DNA of 64,000 bases from NCBI GenBank assembly GCA_900546315.1, contig URCP01000001.1, positions 2,852 through 66,851 on the forward strand, read 5' to 3'. The notes under the pieces were generated by a model. That model saw nothing but the letters and a program-made list of their open reading frames with translations, was not told where the DNA came from and searched no databases. Position 1 is the stretch's first letter, and each line of letters opens with the position of its first letter. Positions 34,013 to 43,419 of this stretch are shown in pieces. Source of the DNA: an uncultured Eubacteriales bacterium (GTDB taxonomy: Bacteria > Bacillota > Clostridia > Oscillospirales > CAG-272). The translations under genes and the position numbers were made by a program.

Positions 34013-35047
34013 TCACGGACAGATGAACTCCGCGAGAGCCGCCGCGTCGGCGCCCGCTATATATCCGCCGACGCCCGCCGCGGTGAGCCTCCGCTCTATC
34101 TCCTCGCGCGTGCAGAAAGCGCCGATAAGCGATCCTTCGAGTTCGGATATATCCCTCACTCCGAAATAGTCTCCGTCAAGCCGTATCCTCGCGACGCGTC
34201 CATCCCGGACATCAAGTCCGAGACCGACACTGCCGAAATCGAAGCGTTTTTTTCTCGTGAGTCCGAAATCCGCCATCCTGCCGATATTCCACTCATCGGT
34301 TGAATATTTCGAATCGGCGAGCGCCTGTATACCGGACGCCGTGACCGCGTCAAACCCTTTCGCCGCCGTTCCGAAGCGCTCCGCCGCGAAATCCGCGAGG
34401 TAATCCATGAATCCAACAACGTCCGGACGTCTGCCGGCAGGTATAAGATCTGATATGTTCGCAACGCGGCTGCGCACGCTCCGCACTCCTTTGCTCTTCA
34501 GCTTTTCCGGATCAACGTTCAGCGCTCCCTGCATATTTGTCATGTCCGCGGAATAAAGGAGAGTTCCATGGTGCATAGTCCTGTCTCTCCTGTCAGACGC
34601 CGTGAAGACACACTGAGCGTTCCCGGAAATCTTGCGCTTTTCGTCCCCGCACACGGCGACAATGTCGTTCCTGCCGGAGAGGGAAGCCGAGACACCCAGA
34701 CCGGAAAGCGCCTCGACGACAGGCGCCGTGAAATAACCGAAATCAAGTCCGCCCTCACGTATTCCCCGCGACAATTCGCCGCCTGCCGGTGAGATGAATG
34801 TGAAATTGACATTCCCGAGATCATGAAATACCGCGCCGCCGCCGGTCAGACGTCTCACAACCTTTATCCCGTGCGCTTTTGTGAAATTAAAGTTTATCTC
34901 AGCGAAAGCGTTCTGATTACGGCCGATTATCACCGCCGGAGAATTTCTCCAGAGCATGAATATATCGTCATCCGAGTGCTCGAGCAGATACTCCTCTGAC
35001 GCGAGATTGAAGTAAGGATCCGTATTTTCGTTTATGAAGATCTTCAT
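34013..35047 (-). CDS. lplA: Lipoate-protein ligase
   Basis: Sequence NPYFNLASEEYLL...IGRNQN...RRLTGGGAVFHDLGN. Confidence 0.9.
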   Translation of the reverse strand: MKIFINENTDPYFNLASEEYLLEHSDDDIFMLWRNSPAVIIGRNQNAFAEINFNFTKAHGIKVVRRLTGGGAVFHDLGNVNFTFISPAGGELSRGIREGGLDFGYFTAPVVEALSGLGVSASLSGRNDIVAVCGDEKRKISGNAQCVFTASDRRDRTMHHGTLLYSADMTNMQGALNVDPEKLKSKGVRSVRSRVANISDLIPAGRRPDVVGFMDYLADFAAERFGTAAKGFDAVTASGIQALADSKYSTDEWNIGRMADFGLTRKKRFDFGSVGLGLDVRDGRVARIRLDGDYFGVRDISELEGSLIGAFCTREEIERRLTAAGVGGYIAGADAAALAEFICP

Positions 35048-35102
35048 TGATCATTCCTCCGCAAAAAGATTTCCGGCGCCGCCGTGAACAGGACGCTGCC
35101 GT

Positions 35103-35149
35103 ATAAAAGAGCGGGGAGGCTCCGCTTTTCAAGCGGTGTTCCTCCCCGC
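35103..35149 (-). terminator. Terminator between the E1 gene and lplA
   Basis: On the minus strand: GCGGGGAGG pairs with CCTCCCCGC, followed by TCTTTTAT. Confidence 0.7.
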
Positions 35150-35159
35150 GGATCATCGA

Positions 35160-37646
35160 TCAGAGTCCTTTTTTGCTCCTGTCAATCTTCTCGACGTCGC
35201 TTACGTTCAGTTTCGCGACATAGCCCGGTATCGGCATCAGCTTCTCGTGAATCACGTCGATGATGCCGTCAGCCTGCGGGAAGAAGTACTTCTCAAGCTC
35301 GTGGCAGGGCGTTATCCAGTTTCTCGAGCCGAACGCGACCGGCGGGGCGTCGAGATAATCAAACGCGAGCTCCGCGATGTCCGCCGCCATGTCCTTCATG
35401 ACCGAGCCTCTCTCGCACGCGTCGCCGACGATGACAATCTTTCCGGTCTTCTTCACCGACTCGATAACCTTCGAATAATCGAACGGAACGATCGAACGGG
35501 CGTCTATGACCTCGGCGGAAATGCCGTACTTCTCCTCGAGCGTCTTTGCCGCCTCGAGAGCTCTGTACAGAACCGCGCCTATTGTCAGGATAGTTACATC
35601 CTTACCCTCACGCTTGACATCCGGCTCTCCGAGCGTCACCTCGTATTCGTCTGTCGGCACGCCGCCCTTGTGGAACTGCTCGCCGATATCATAGATACGC
35701 TGGCTCTCGAAGAACACGACAGGGTCAGTGCCGTTCAGAGCGGCGTTCATGAGACCCTTAGCGTCATACGGAGAGGCGGGGAAGACGACCTTCAGACCCG
35801 GGATATGCGCTGTGAGCGCTGTCCAGTCCTGCGAATGCTGAGCGCCGTACTTTGAGCCGACCGAGACACGGATGACTATCGGCATCTTCAGTATACCGGC
35901 GGACATCGACTGCCACTTCGCGACCTGATTGAATATCTCGTCTCCCGCGCAGCCGATGAAGTCCGCGTACATAAGCTCGACGATAACGCGTCCGCCGCAC
36001 ATCGCGTAGCCGACCGACGAGCCGATTATAGCCGACTCGGATATCGGCGCGTTGAAGAAGCGGTGATACGGAAGCGCCTCGGTAAGCCCGCGGTAAACGG
36101 CGTAAGCGCCGCCCCAGTCGCGGTTGTCCTCGCCATATGCGATAAGCGTCGGATCCTCATAGAACTTATCGATTATAGACTCGAAGAGAGCGTCCCTGAG
36201 ACCGAAGGTCTTCGCCTTCGGAAGGGTCTTGCCGTTTTCGTCGAATGCCCACCTTGCCTTCAGAGCAAGCGACTTCACGCGCGGATTGTCCGCCTTCGGC
36301 ATGAGAACCTCCGGCTCGCGGCCCTCTTCCATCGTTTTTTTGTGGCCGTTCGAATACATGATGCGCGCTATAGCGTCAGGATCCTTCTCAAGATCCATCC
36401 GAGGCGACAGGGTCTCGTCTATCGCGAGGCGGCATATCTTCGTCATGCGGCGGATGATGGTTTCATCTATCGCGTCGAACTCATCAGAGGACGCCACACC
36501 GCCGATTATGAGCTTTTCCTTATAAGCTCTGATCGGGTCCGCCTTTCTCCACTCCTCAAGCTCCTCCTCGGAACGATAAGTGGACGCGTCGGACGCCGAA
36601 TGCCCGCTGAGACGGTAAGTGACAACATCAAGCAGGGCCGGCCCCTCGCCTCTGAGCAGCAGCTCCTTCTTGCGTGTGACCGCGTCAATGACAGCAAACG
36701 GATCGTATCCGTTCACCCTCTCCGCGTGCATCTGTTCTGGATTGAAGCCCGCGCCGAGACGCGCCGCCATGCCAAACGCCATAGTCTCGCCCATAGTCTG
36801 ACCGCCCATGCCATAGAAATTATCGAAAATATTGAAAAGTATCGGAAGTCCCGGATTATTCCCATTATCCGTCTCGCCCCAGAGCTGTCTTATCTGATCC
36901 ATTCCGGACATATTGAACGACTCAAGCACCGGCCCGCGACCGCACGCACCGTCGCCGAAATTCGCGATGACAATGCCCTTCTTCTTATTCGCCCTCTTAT
37001 AGAGCGCCGCGCCGAGCGCCACCGGAGCCGACCCGCCGACAATCGCGTTATTCGGGAATATCCCGAACGGTATGAAAAACGCGTGCATCGACCCGCCAAG
37101 CCCCTCATTGAAGCCGGTAGTCCGCGCGAATATCTCAGCGAGCGCGCCGTAAAGCAGGAAATCTATCGCGAGCTCCTTTATATTGCCCTTGACCTCCTCG
37201 CGCCCCTCGACCACATTCAGTATCCTTCCGCCAAGGAACTCCTTCATGATATCATAAAGCTCAGTGTCGTCCAGCTTATATATCGACGACAATCCCTTCG
37301 CGAGTATCTCACCGTGGCTCCTGTGCGAGCCGAACGTGAAATCGTTTATATCCAGCGAATAAGCTTCGCCGACCGCCGAAGCCTCCTGCCCGACAGACAA
37401 ATGCGCCGGACCCGGGTTCGAATACTCCACCCCGTTATAAACCGACTTCGTCTTTATCTCGCCGAGCATCGTCTCAAACTCACGTATGATACGCATATCA
37501 CGATATATACGCATCATATCGTCCTTCGAATAAAGCGCTTTCTCCTCGTCAAGCGTCTTCGCGTACTGATTCACCGGGATATCGTCGAAATGGATATATC
37601 CGGGCTGAAAGACCTTTTTCGGGTCAATATACTGACTCTTTGGCAT
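35160..37646 (-). CDS. 2-oxoacid dehydrogenase E1 component, fused alpha-beta (TPP-dependent)
   Basis: 828 aa. The N-terminal half carries the TPP motif region (GDGACGRGPVLESFN). The C-terminal half is transketolase-Pyr/C-terminal-like (FNAPISESAIIG...). Confidence 0.85.
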   Translation of the reverse strand: MPKSQYIDPKKVFQPGYIHFDDIPVNQYAKTLDEEKALYSKDDMMRIYRDMRIIREFETMLGEIKTKSVYNGVEYSNPGPAHLSVGQEASAVGEAYSLDINDFTFGSHRSHGEILAKGLSSIYKLDDTELYDIMKEFLGGRILNVVEGREEVKGNIKELAIDFLLYGALAEIFARTTGFNEGLGGSMHAFFIPFGIFPNNAIVGGSAPVALGAALYKRANKKKGIVIANFGDGACGRGPVLESFNMSGMDQIRQLWGETDNGNNPGLPILFNIFDNFYGMGGQTMGETMAFGMAARLGAGFNPEQMHAERVNGYDPFAVIDAVTRKKELLLRGEGPALLDVVTYRLSGHSASDASTYRSEEELEEWRKADPIRAYKEKLIIGGVASSDEFDAIDETIIRRMTKICRLAIDETLSPRMDLEKDPDAIARIMYSNGHKKTMEEGREPEVLMPKADNPRVKSLALKARWAFDENGKTLPKAKTFGLRDALFESIIDKFYEDPTLIAYGEDNRDWGGAYAVYRGLTEALPYHRFFNAPISESAIIGSSVGYAMCGGRVIVELMYADFIGCAGDEIFNQVAKWQSMSAGILKMPIVIRVSVGSKYGAQHSQDWTALTAHIPGLKVVFPASPYDAKGLMNAALNGTDPVVFFESQRIYDIGEQFHKGGVPTDEYEVTLGEPDVKREGKDVTILTIGAVLYRALEAAKTLEEKYGISAEVIDARSIVPFDYSKVIESVKKTGKIVIVGDACERGSVMKDMAADIAELAFDYLDAPPVAFGSRNWITPCHELEKYFFPQADGIIDVIHEKLMPIPGYVAKLNVSDVEKIDRSKKGL

Positions 37647-37673
37647 AACCTTTATCTCCTATATTCATTTGCT

Positions 37674-37721
37674 TGCAGGGAGGGGGAAAGCCCTTCGGGA
37701 AGGGCTTTCCCCCTCCCTGCA
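37674..37721. repeat. 48-nt near-perfect palindrome (22-bp stem) between the E3 and E1 genes
   Basis: TGCAGGGAGGGGGAAAGCCCTT-CGGG-AAGGGCTTTCCCCCTCCCTGCA. There is no flanking U-run on the transcribed (minus) strand. Confidence 0.8.
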
Positions 37722-37768
37722 CCCTCCCCTTTTCCCCAAGCTTCATACATGGGTTATTTAGAGGGATT

Positions 37769-39124
37769 TTATTCGAACATCGCCTCGCGGATAACCTCGC
37801 AGACCGTCGGGTGCGGGAAGACAAAGCGACGAACGTCCTCGACGCGCATCTCACGCTCCACCATCATCGCGGCTCCGTAGATTATCTCCGACGCGTAATT
37901 TCCTATCATATGGACGCCAAGGACACGGTGATGCGCCTTATCGGTGATGATCTTCACAATCCCGTCGCCGCCCTCGTTCTCCGCGACATACCGCCCCGAA
38001 TAACGCAGGGTCAGCGAACGCGTCTCCGCCTCTATCCCCTTCGCCCTCACGCTCTCGTCCGTCTCGCCAACCGACGCGACCTCCGGATTCGTATAAATCA
38101 CGGACGGTATCGACATATAATTCACGGCGTCCTTCTTCCCGAGCATATCATTAACCGCGACCTCTCCCTCGCGGTAAGCCGTATGCGCGAGCATCGACCG
38201 ACCGTTGACGTCGCCCGACGCCCAGACGCCGGGAACGTTCGTGCGCCCCCGCTCATCCGTCACGACAGCCCCGCGCTCAGTGAGCACTCCTATCGACTCA
38301 AGCCCGATACCGGAAGTATTGGGACGCCTCCCCACAGCGCACAACACACAGTCCGCCGGAAGCGATTCCGTCTTCCCGTTGTATTCACAGGTAACCGCGC
38401 CGTCTCCGACAGCTGTCACCTTCGCGCCGAGCAGGAAACCGACGCCCTTCCTCTTGTAGTTTTTAAGTAATATATCCGCTATCTCCCGGTCCGTCGCCCC
38501 GCCGATATGGTCGAGCATCTCTACGACCGTCACCCGCGAACCTATCGAATTGAAGTACGACGCCATCTCGAGCCCGATGACCCCGCCGCCGATAACGACG
38601 AGTCTTTCCGGAACATCGGTCATATCCAGTATCTCACGGTTCGTCTTCGCGAATCCCGAAGCGACCGCCTCTCGTAAACCCGGTATAGGCGGCACCGCCG
38701 CTGACGAACCGGTGCAGATAAGCAGCCTTTTTCCCTCGCAGACCGTGTCGCCGACCCTCACCGTGAAGCCATCACGGCGACCTGTTATCTGACCGTGTCC
38801 GGAGACGACCGTCACACCCGCGCGCTTCATCTTCGCGCCGATACCGCCGACAAGCTGCCTCACGACCCTGTCCTTGCGCGCGACCACCTTCGCGTGGTCA
38901 ATCGCCGCGCCGGAAAAGGTAACGCCGTAGTCTTCAGAATGCTTCGAGTAATCATATATCTTCGCGGAGTAGAGAAGCGTCTTTGTCGGTATGCAGCCCT
39001 CGTTCAGGCAGACTCCGCCGAGCGCCCTCTCTTCTATGACAAGGGTCTCAATGCCGCCCGTCGCCGCTCTCTCAGCCGCGTTGTATCCGGCGGGACCTCC
39101 GCCGAGTATTATCAGTCCGTACAT
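37769..39124 (-). CDS. lpdA: Dihydrolipoyl dehydrogenase (E3)
   Basis: GGGPAGY FAD motif and redox-active disulfide GGVCLNEGCIPTK. Confidence 0.93.
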   Translation of the reverse strand: MYGLIILGGGPAGYNAAERAATGGIETLVIEERALGGVCLNEGCIPTKTLLYSAKIYDYSKHSEDYGVTFSGAAIDHAKVVARKDRVVRQLVGGIGAKMKRAGVTVVSGHGQITGRRDGFTVRVGDTVCEGKRLLICTGSSAAVPPIPGLREAVASGFAKTNREILDMTDVPERLVVIGGGVIGLEMASYFNSIGSRVTVVEMLDHIGGATDREIADILLKNYKRKGVGFLLGAKVTAVGDGAVTCEYNGKTESLPADCVLCAVGRRPNTSGIGLESIGVLTERGAVVTDERGRTNVPGVWASGDVNGRSMLAHTAYREGEVAVNDMLGKKDAVNYMSIPSVIYTNPEVASVGETDESVRAKGIEAETRSLTLRYSGRYVAENEGGDGIVKIITDKAHHRVLGVHMIGNYASEIIYGAAMMVEREMRVEDVRRFVFPHPTVCEVIREAMFE

Positions 39125-39140
39125 ATCAGTCCTCCGTCAG

Positions 39141-40487
39141 TCACTTTGAGAGAAGCAGATCGAAGTCCGCGAGCGCCGCCGCGAGATCTTTAAGGAATCT
39201 CGCCGCCGGAGCCCCGTCGAGCGCCCTGTGGTCAAAGGTCAGCGACAGCCCCATCGCCGGGTATGTCGTCCCGTCCTCACGCGGTCTGTATGTCACGCAG
39301 TTTACTCCGAGTATGCAGACCTGCGGCGGATTTATGACCGGAGTGAAGCTTTCAATCCCGAGCGAGCCGAGATTCGTGACGGTTATCGTCCCGCCGGTCA
39401 GCTTATCGGGGGATATCGAACCGCTCTGCGCCTCTTTTATCAGAGCCTTTGCCTGTCTCGACAGCTCGCAGAGCGACAGCTTCTCAGCCCCGGCGAGCGT
39501 CGGAACCATAAGTCCGCGCTCCGTGTCAACCGCGATGCCGAGATTCACGGTGTCAAACACACGGATGAAATCCTCCATGAAATACGCGTTGCAGTCCTTA
39601 TGCGACAGCAGCGTCTTCGCGCAGGCGAAGAGAACCATATCGTTGAGGGTTATATTCGCGAGCCCCAGCTCCTCTCCGCGCGCCTTGACCCTCGCGCGGT
39701 AAGCGAGTATCGCCGACGCGTCAAACGAGGTGTTCAGAGTAAGCTGCGCCATCGTGGAGAGAGACGCGTGCATCGACTTCGCGATGACCCGGCGTATGTT
39801 CGTGAGCTTCACATCGGTGTACAGAGCCTCCGTTCCCGGAGACTTCATCTCCTGTACCGTTGTCTCAGGCACGGCGCTCTCTGCCGGAACTTCCGGCGCG
39901 GTCGTGGCGATATTCTCCGCTATCACAGTCTCCGTCTCTTCCGGAATATCCCTCTCCCCGGAGAGATATTTCTCAACCCTCTCTGTCGGAACAACATTTC
40001 CGTCATCAAGAATGCGATTCACGTCCCGCTCGATTATCCGCCCCATGGGTCCGGTCGGCGCCGCCTTCGAGAGGTCCGCGCCGGTCTTCAGCGCGAGATT
40101 CCGCGCCCTTGGTGAGATACGCAGGATATCGCCGGTTTCCTGAGCCGTGGCAACAACCGCGATATCCGTCTTTTCGGTCTCCGTTTCATCTGTCTCCGTC
40201 TCGTCCGGGGTTTCCTCACATTCAGGGCAAAAAGGTGAAATGTCCTCACCTTCCTCGCCTATCACGCATACATTCTCGAGGCAGGGAACGTCGTCACCCT
40301 CCTCGGCGAAAATTCCGAGCAGGACGCCGTCGACCGGGCTCTTCTCGTCAAAGCTCGATTTGTCGGTCTCATATGAGAAGAGAATGTCGCCGACCCTGAC
40401 GCGGTCGCCCTCCTTCTTGTGCCACTCGGTTATGACGCAGCTCTCGACGCTCTGCCCCTGCCGCGGCATTATTACAGCGATTGCCAT
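39141..40487 (-). CDS. Dihydrolipoamide acyltransferase (E2)
   Basis: Lipoyl domain with ETDKS, an acidic linker, a subunit-binding domain, and a catalytic domain ending DHRALDGA. Confidence 0.9.
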   Translation of the reverse strand: MAIAVIMPRQGQSVESCVITEWHKKEGDRVRVGDILFSYETDKSSFDEKSPVDGVLLGIFAEEGDDVPCLENVCVIGEEGEDISPFCPECEETPDETETDETETEKTDIAVVATAQETGDILRISPRARNLALKTGADLSKAAPTGPMGRIIERDVNRILDDGNVVPTERVEKYLSGERDIPEETETVIAENIATTAPEVPAESAVPETTVQEMKSPGTEALYTDVKLTNIRRVIAKSMHASLSTMAQLTLNTSFDASAILAYRARVKARGEELGLANITLNDMVLFACAKTLLSHKDCNAYFMEDFIRVFDTVNLGIAVDTERGLMVPTLAGAEKLSLCELSRQAKALIKEAQSGSISPDKLTGGTITVTNLGSLGIESFTPVINPPQVCILGVNCVTYRPREDGTTYPAMGLSLTFDHRALDGAPAARFLKDLAAALADFDLLLSK

Positions 40488-40527
40488 AGTACTGTATCCT
40501 TTCTGTCATTATCGTTCGGACTATATG

Positions 40528-41295
40528 TCATCTCGCGACGATCACATCGACCCCAGACGCGATTGCCTTCGCACTGATATCCTCGGGAAGATACTCATCG
40601 GTCACTATCACATGCACCCGGTCGAACTCCGCGAACGTGTACGGGAGACAACGATTCATCTTCGAGTGATCAATAAGCACGATCACCCGCCTCGCCTTCC
40701 CGACAACCAGCCGCTTCAGCTCGCACTCCGAGTAGTTCCCGCAGGTAAACCCGTCCTTCACCGACACTCCCGACGGCACGATGAACGCGAGGTCTATGTT
40801 AATATCCTCAAGGAATTTCAGCGCCTGGTTCCCGGAAATCGAAACATTGTCGCGGTTCACCATCCCGCCGACGAGATTTACAATCGGCTGGGTCTTCTTG
40901 ATCAGCTCGAGCGCTATGTTCGGACCGGTCGTCGTTATCGCGTGTCTCTCGTCCGGCATCATATCCGCGAGCTTCGAGGCGGTCGTGCCGGAATCTATGA
41001 AAACCGACCGACCGGGCTCGATAAGCCCGACCGCCTTCGCGGCGATCCTTTCCTTCGCGGTCGGATTCTCGTTCATGCGGTGATGGAAGGAATCCTCAAC
41101 CGAGGCGGCTATGAACTTCATAGACCTCGCTCCGCCGCGCACCTTTATAGCGTCGCCCTTCTTCTCAAAATACTCTATGTCACGCCTCAGCGTCATGCTC
41201 GAAACATCCGGAAAGCTCTCTTCAAGCTCCCTCAGAGACAGGAACGGTTTCTCCATGAGCAGTTCCTTTATTATCGCCCTGCGGGAAGAAGTCAT
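40528..41295 (-). CDS. DeoR/GlpR-family transcriptional regulator
   Basis: N-terminal HTH (LSLRELEESFPDVSSMTLRRDIEYF) plus a sugar-binding-like C-terminal domain. The ATG at 41295 lies 8 nt after AAAGGA. Confidence 0.85.
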   Translation of the reverse strand: MTSSRRAIIKELLMEKPFLSLRELEESFPDVSSMTLRRDIEYFEKKGDAIKVRGGARSMKFIAASVEDSFHHRMNENPTAKERIAAKAVGLIEPGRSVFIDSGTTASKLADMMPDERHAITTTGPNIALELIKKTQPIVNLVGGMVNRDNVSISGNQALKFLEDINIDLAFIVPSGVSVKDGFTCGNYSECELKRLVVGKARRVIVLIDHSKMNRCLPYTFAEFDRVHVIVTDEYLPEDISAKAIASGVDVIVAR

Positions 41296-41370
41296 CAGTT
41301 TCATTCCTTTCTTCACATTTTAAGATCAATTTAACATTTTCTCAGTTAAATTTCACACTGTACGCTTTAT

Positions 41371-41399
41371 ATTGTAACATATTAACCGTATTTTGTCAA
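41371..41399 (-). promoter_or_regulatory. Promoter of the DeoR / 2-oxoacid dehydrogenase operon
   Basis: On the minus strand: TTGACA, 17-nt spacer, TACAAT. Confidence 0.75.
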
Positions 41400-41471
41400 T
41401 GCGATTCCGAAATATTTTTTGAAAAATTTTATTAACCCGGTGCCAAATTTGTTGCGTTTTTGTAAACAAGC

Positions 41472-41514
41472 AAAAAAAAGGGCTGTCCGACAAATGCCGT
41501 ACAGCCCTGTTTTT
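41472..41514. terminator. Bidirectional-looking terminator downstream of folD
   Basis: A8-AGGGCTGT...ACAGCCCT-GTTTTT. Confidence 0.8.
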
Positions 41515-41524
41515 CGTTATGCGC

Positions 41525-42379
41525 TCAGATTATCCCCGCGTGCTTCTTCGCGCTCGTCAGCGTGTTGCGCAGAAGCATCGTTATCGTCATCGGTCCGACG
41601 CCGCCGGGGACAGGCGTTATGTAGGACGCCTTCGGCTCGACCGTGGCGAAATCCACGTCTCCGGTGAGCTTTCCGTCAGCCTTGCGGTTCATGCCGACGT
41701 CTATCACGACCGCGCCGTCCTTCACCATGTCGCCGGTGATGAAATCAGCCTTGCCTATCGCCACGACGAGTATATCCGCGCGGCGGGTGACCTCCGCGAG
41801 ATCCTTCGTGCGGGAATGGCAGATCGTCACGGTACCGTTCGCGTGGAGCAGGAGCATCGCCTGCGGCTTGCCGACGATATTGCTGCGTCCGACGACGACG
41901 CACTCTTTACCGGACACGTCGATCCCGCTCTTCTCAAGAAGAACCATGACGCCCGCGGGAGTACACGGCAGGAAATCGTAATTTCCGATCATTATCTTGC
42001 CGACATTCGACGGATGGAACGCGTCGACGTCCTTCTTCGGGTCGATATTTGCGATTATGACCTCGTCGTCAAGATGCTCCGGCAGAGGGAGCTGGACAAG
42101 GATGCCGTGAATATTGACATCCTCATTGAGCTTTTTCACAAGCGCGAGAAGCTCCTCCTCGGTTGTCTCCTCCGGGAGCTCGAAGACCTCGGAGCGGAAG
42201 CCGACCTCCTCGCACGCCTTCTTCTTGTTTCGCACATATACCTGCGACGCCGGATCGGTTCCGACTATCACGACCGCGAGACCGGGGATGATGCCTTTTT
42301 TCTTCAGTTCCGCGCACTCGGCGGCGATCTCCGCCCTTACTTCCTTCGCAATCTGTTTTCCGTCAATTATCTTTGCCAC
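41525..42379 (-). CDS. folD: Bifunctional methylenetetrahydrofolate dehydrogenase/cyclohydrolase
   Basis: Sequence IIDGK..., [32 protein letters not shown]. Confidence 0.95.
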   Translation of the reverse strand: MAKIIDGKQIAKEVRAEIAAECAELKKKGIIPGLAVVIVGTDPASQVYVRNKKKACEEVGFRSEVFELPEETTEEELLALVKKLNEDVNIHGILVQLPLPEHLDDEVIIANIDPKKDVDAFHPSNVGKIMIGNYDFLPCTPAGVMVLLEKSGIDVSGKECVVVGRSNIVGKPQAMLLLHANGTVTICHSRTKDLAEVTRRADILVVAIGKADFITGDMVKDGAVVIDVGMNRKADGKLTGDVDFATVEPKASYITPVPGGVGPMTITMLLRNTLTSAKKHAGII

Positions 42380-42394
42380 TTTGTATTTCTCCTG

Positions 42395-43419
42395 TTATTT
42401 GTCGGTATCGTCGTCAGTCTCGTCGTCTGACGCATCATCGTCGTTCTTTTCCGGTTTTTCGTCGAACGGGTCGGGCGTCGTGTCGTCGGAGGGAGCGCTC
42501 TCACCGTCCGCCTTTTCGACAGTCTTCACGGTGAAGTTCTCTTTTCCGGAGGACGCCGTACCGTTCAGGATATCGTGATCGGCGGAATAGACGCGCTCAT
42601 ACTCCGCGTCGTCGAGAGCCCTGTCCTTCGCACGGATGTTGCCGATTATCAGGAAGACAACGCCGAATATGAAGCAGAGCGCTCCGACCACCTGCGACAC
42701 GCGGATTGTCTCACCGAACACCGACTTCATAAAATACAGGCTGTCGGTGCGGAGCCCCTCGATGAAGAAACGTCCGAAGCCATACCACGTGATATAGGAG
42801 AGCACAATCTGCCCGTTGAACCTCTTCTTTTTATAGAAGCACATGATGAGGATGAAGCCGAGAAGATTCCAGAGCGACTCATAGAGGAAAGTCGGGTGAT
42901 AGTACTTCGTGACGGTCGAGCCAGCGTACATTATGCCCATTCTCCACGGGAGCTTCGTCTCAACGCCGTGCGCCTCGGCGTTTGTGAAATTGCCCCATCT
43001 GCCGATGGCCTGTCCGATCATGACGCCGGGAGCGACCATGTCGAGCATCTTCGCCGGGTTTATCTTCTTTACCTTCGCGACGACGTATATCGTTATCGTC
43101 CCGGCGATGACGCCGCCGTAGATCGCGAGTCCGCCGTTGCGGACGTTTATGAATGGTAGTCCTCGAGCTTCATCAGCACATAGTAGAGTCTCGCGCCGAT
43201 CATCGAGAAGATAATCAGGAATATCGCGAGGTCGAGCACGTCGTCGGTCTTTATCTTCTCGAACTTTGCGTTGTGAAGCGCGACGAAGAAACCGACCGCC
43301 ATGGCACAGGTGATGATTATCCCGTACCACATGATATCGAACCCGAATATCGAGAACGCGACCGGGTTCACGTTGAACCCGTCTATCCCGAGCCCGGGGA
43401 ATGAAATTACATTGCTCAT
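42395..43419 (-). pseudogene. lgt: Prolipoprotein diacylglyceryl transferase split by a 1-nt frameshift near 43150-43156 (or a sequencing error)
   Basis: ORF 43147-43419 encodes the Lgt N-terminus (...GARLYYVLMKLEDYHS*). ORF 42395-43330 continues in another frame with FINVRNGGLAIYGGV...GRWGNF.... Restoring one T in CATTC would join the two frames. Confidence 0.8.

Noticed and set aside
36063-37880. 605-aa ORF antisense to the E1 alpha-beta gene
   Set aside because: This is the same GC-bias artefact. Its R/L/H-rich sequence has no motifs and overlaps a confidently identified TPP enzyme gene.
42395-43330. Treating the 311-aa ORF as an independent gene starting at its own Met (MVRDNHH…)
   Set aside because: Its first ~60 residues lie in an alternative frame over the lgt N-terminal ORF. 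Recognisable Lgt sequence starts only at FINVRNGG…, so a frameshifted lgt is the simpler reading.
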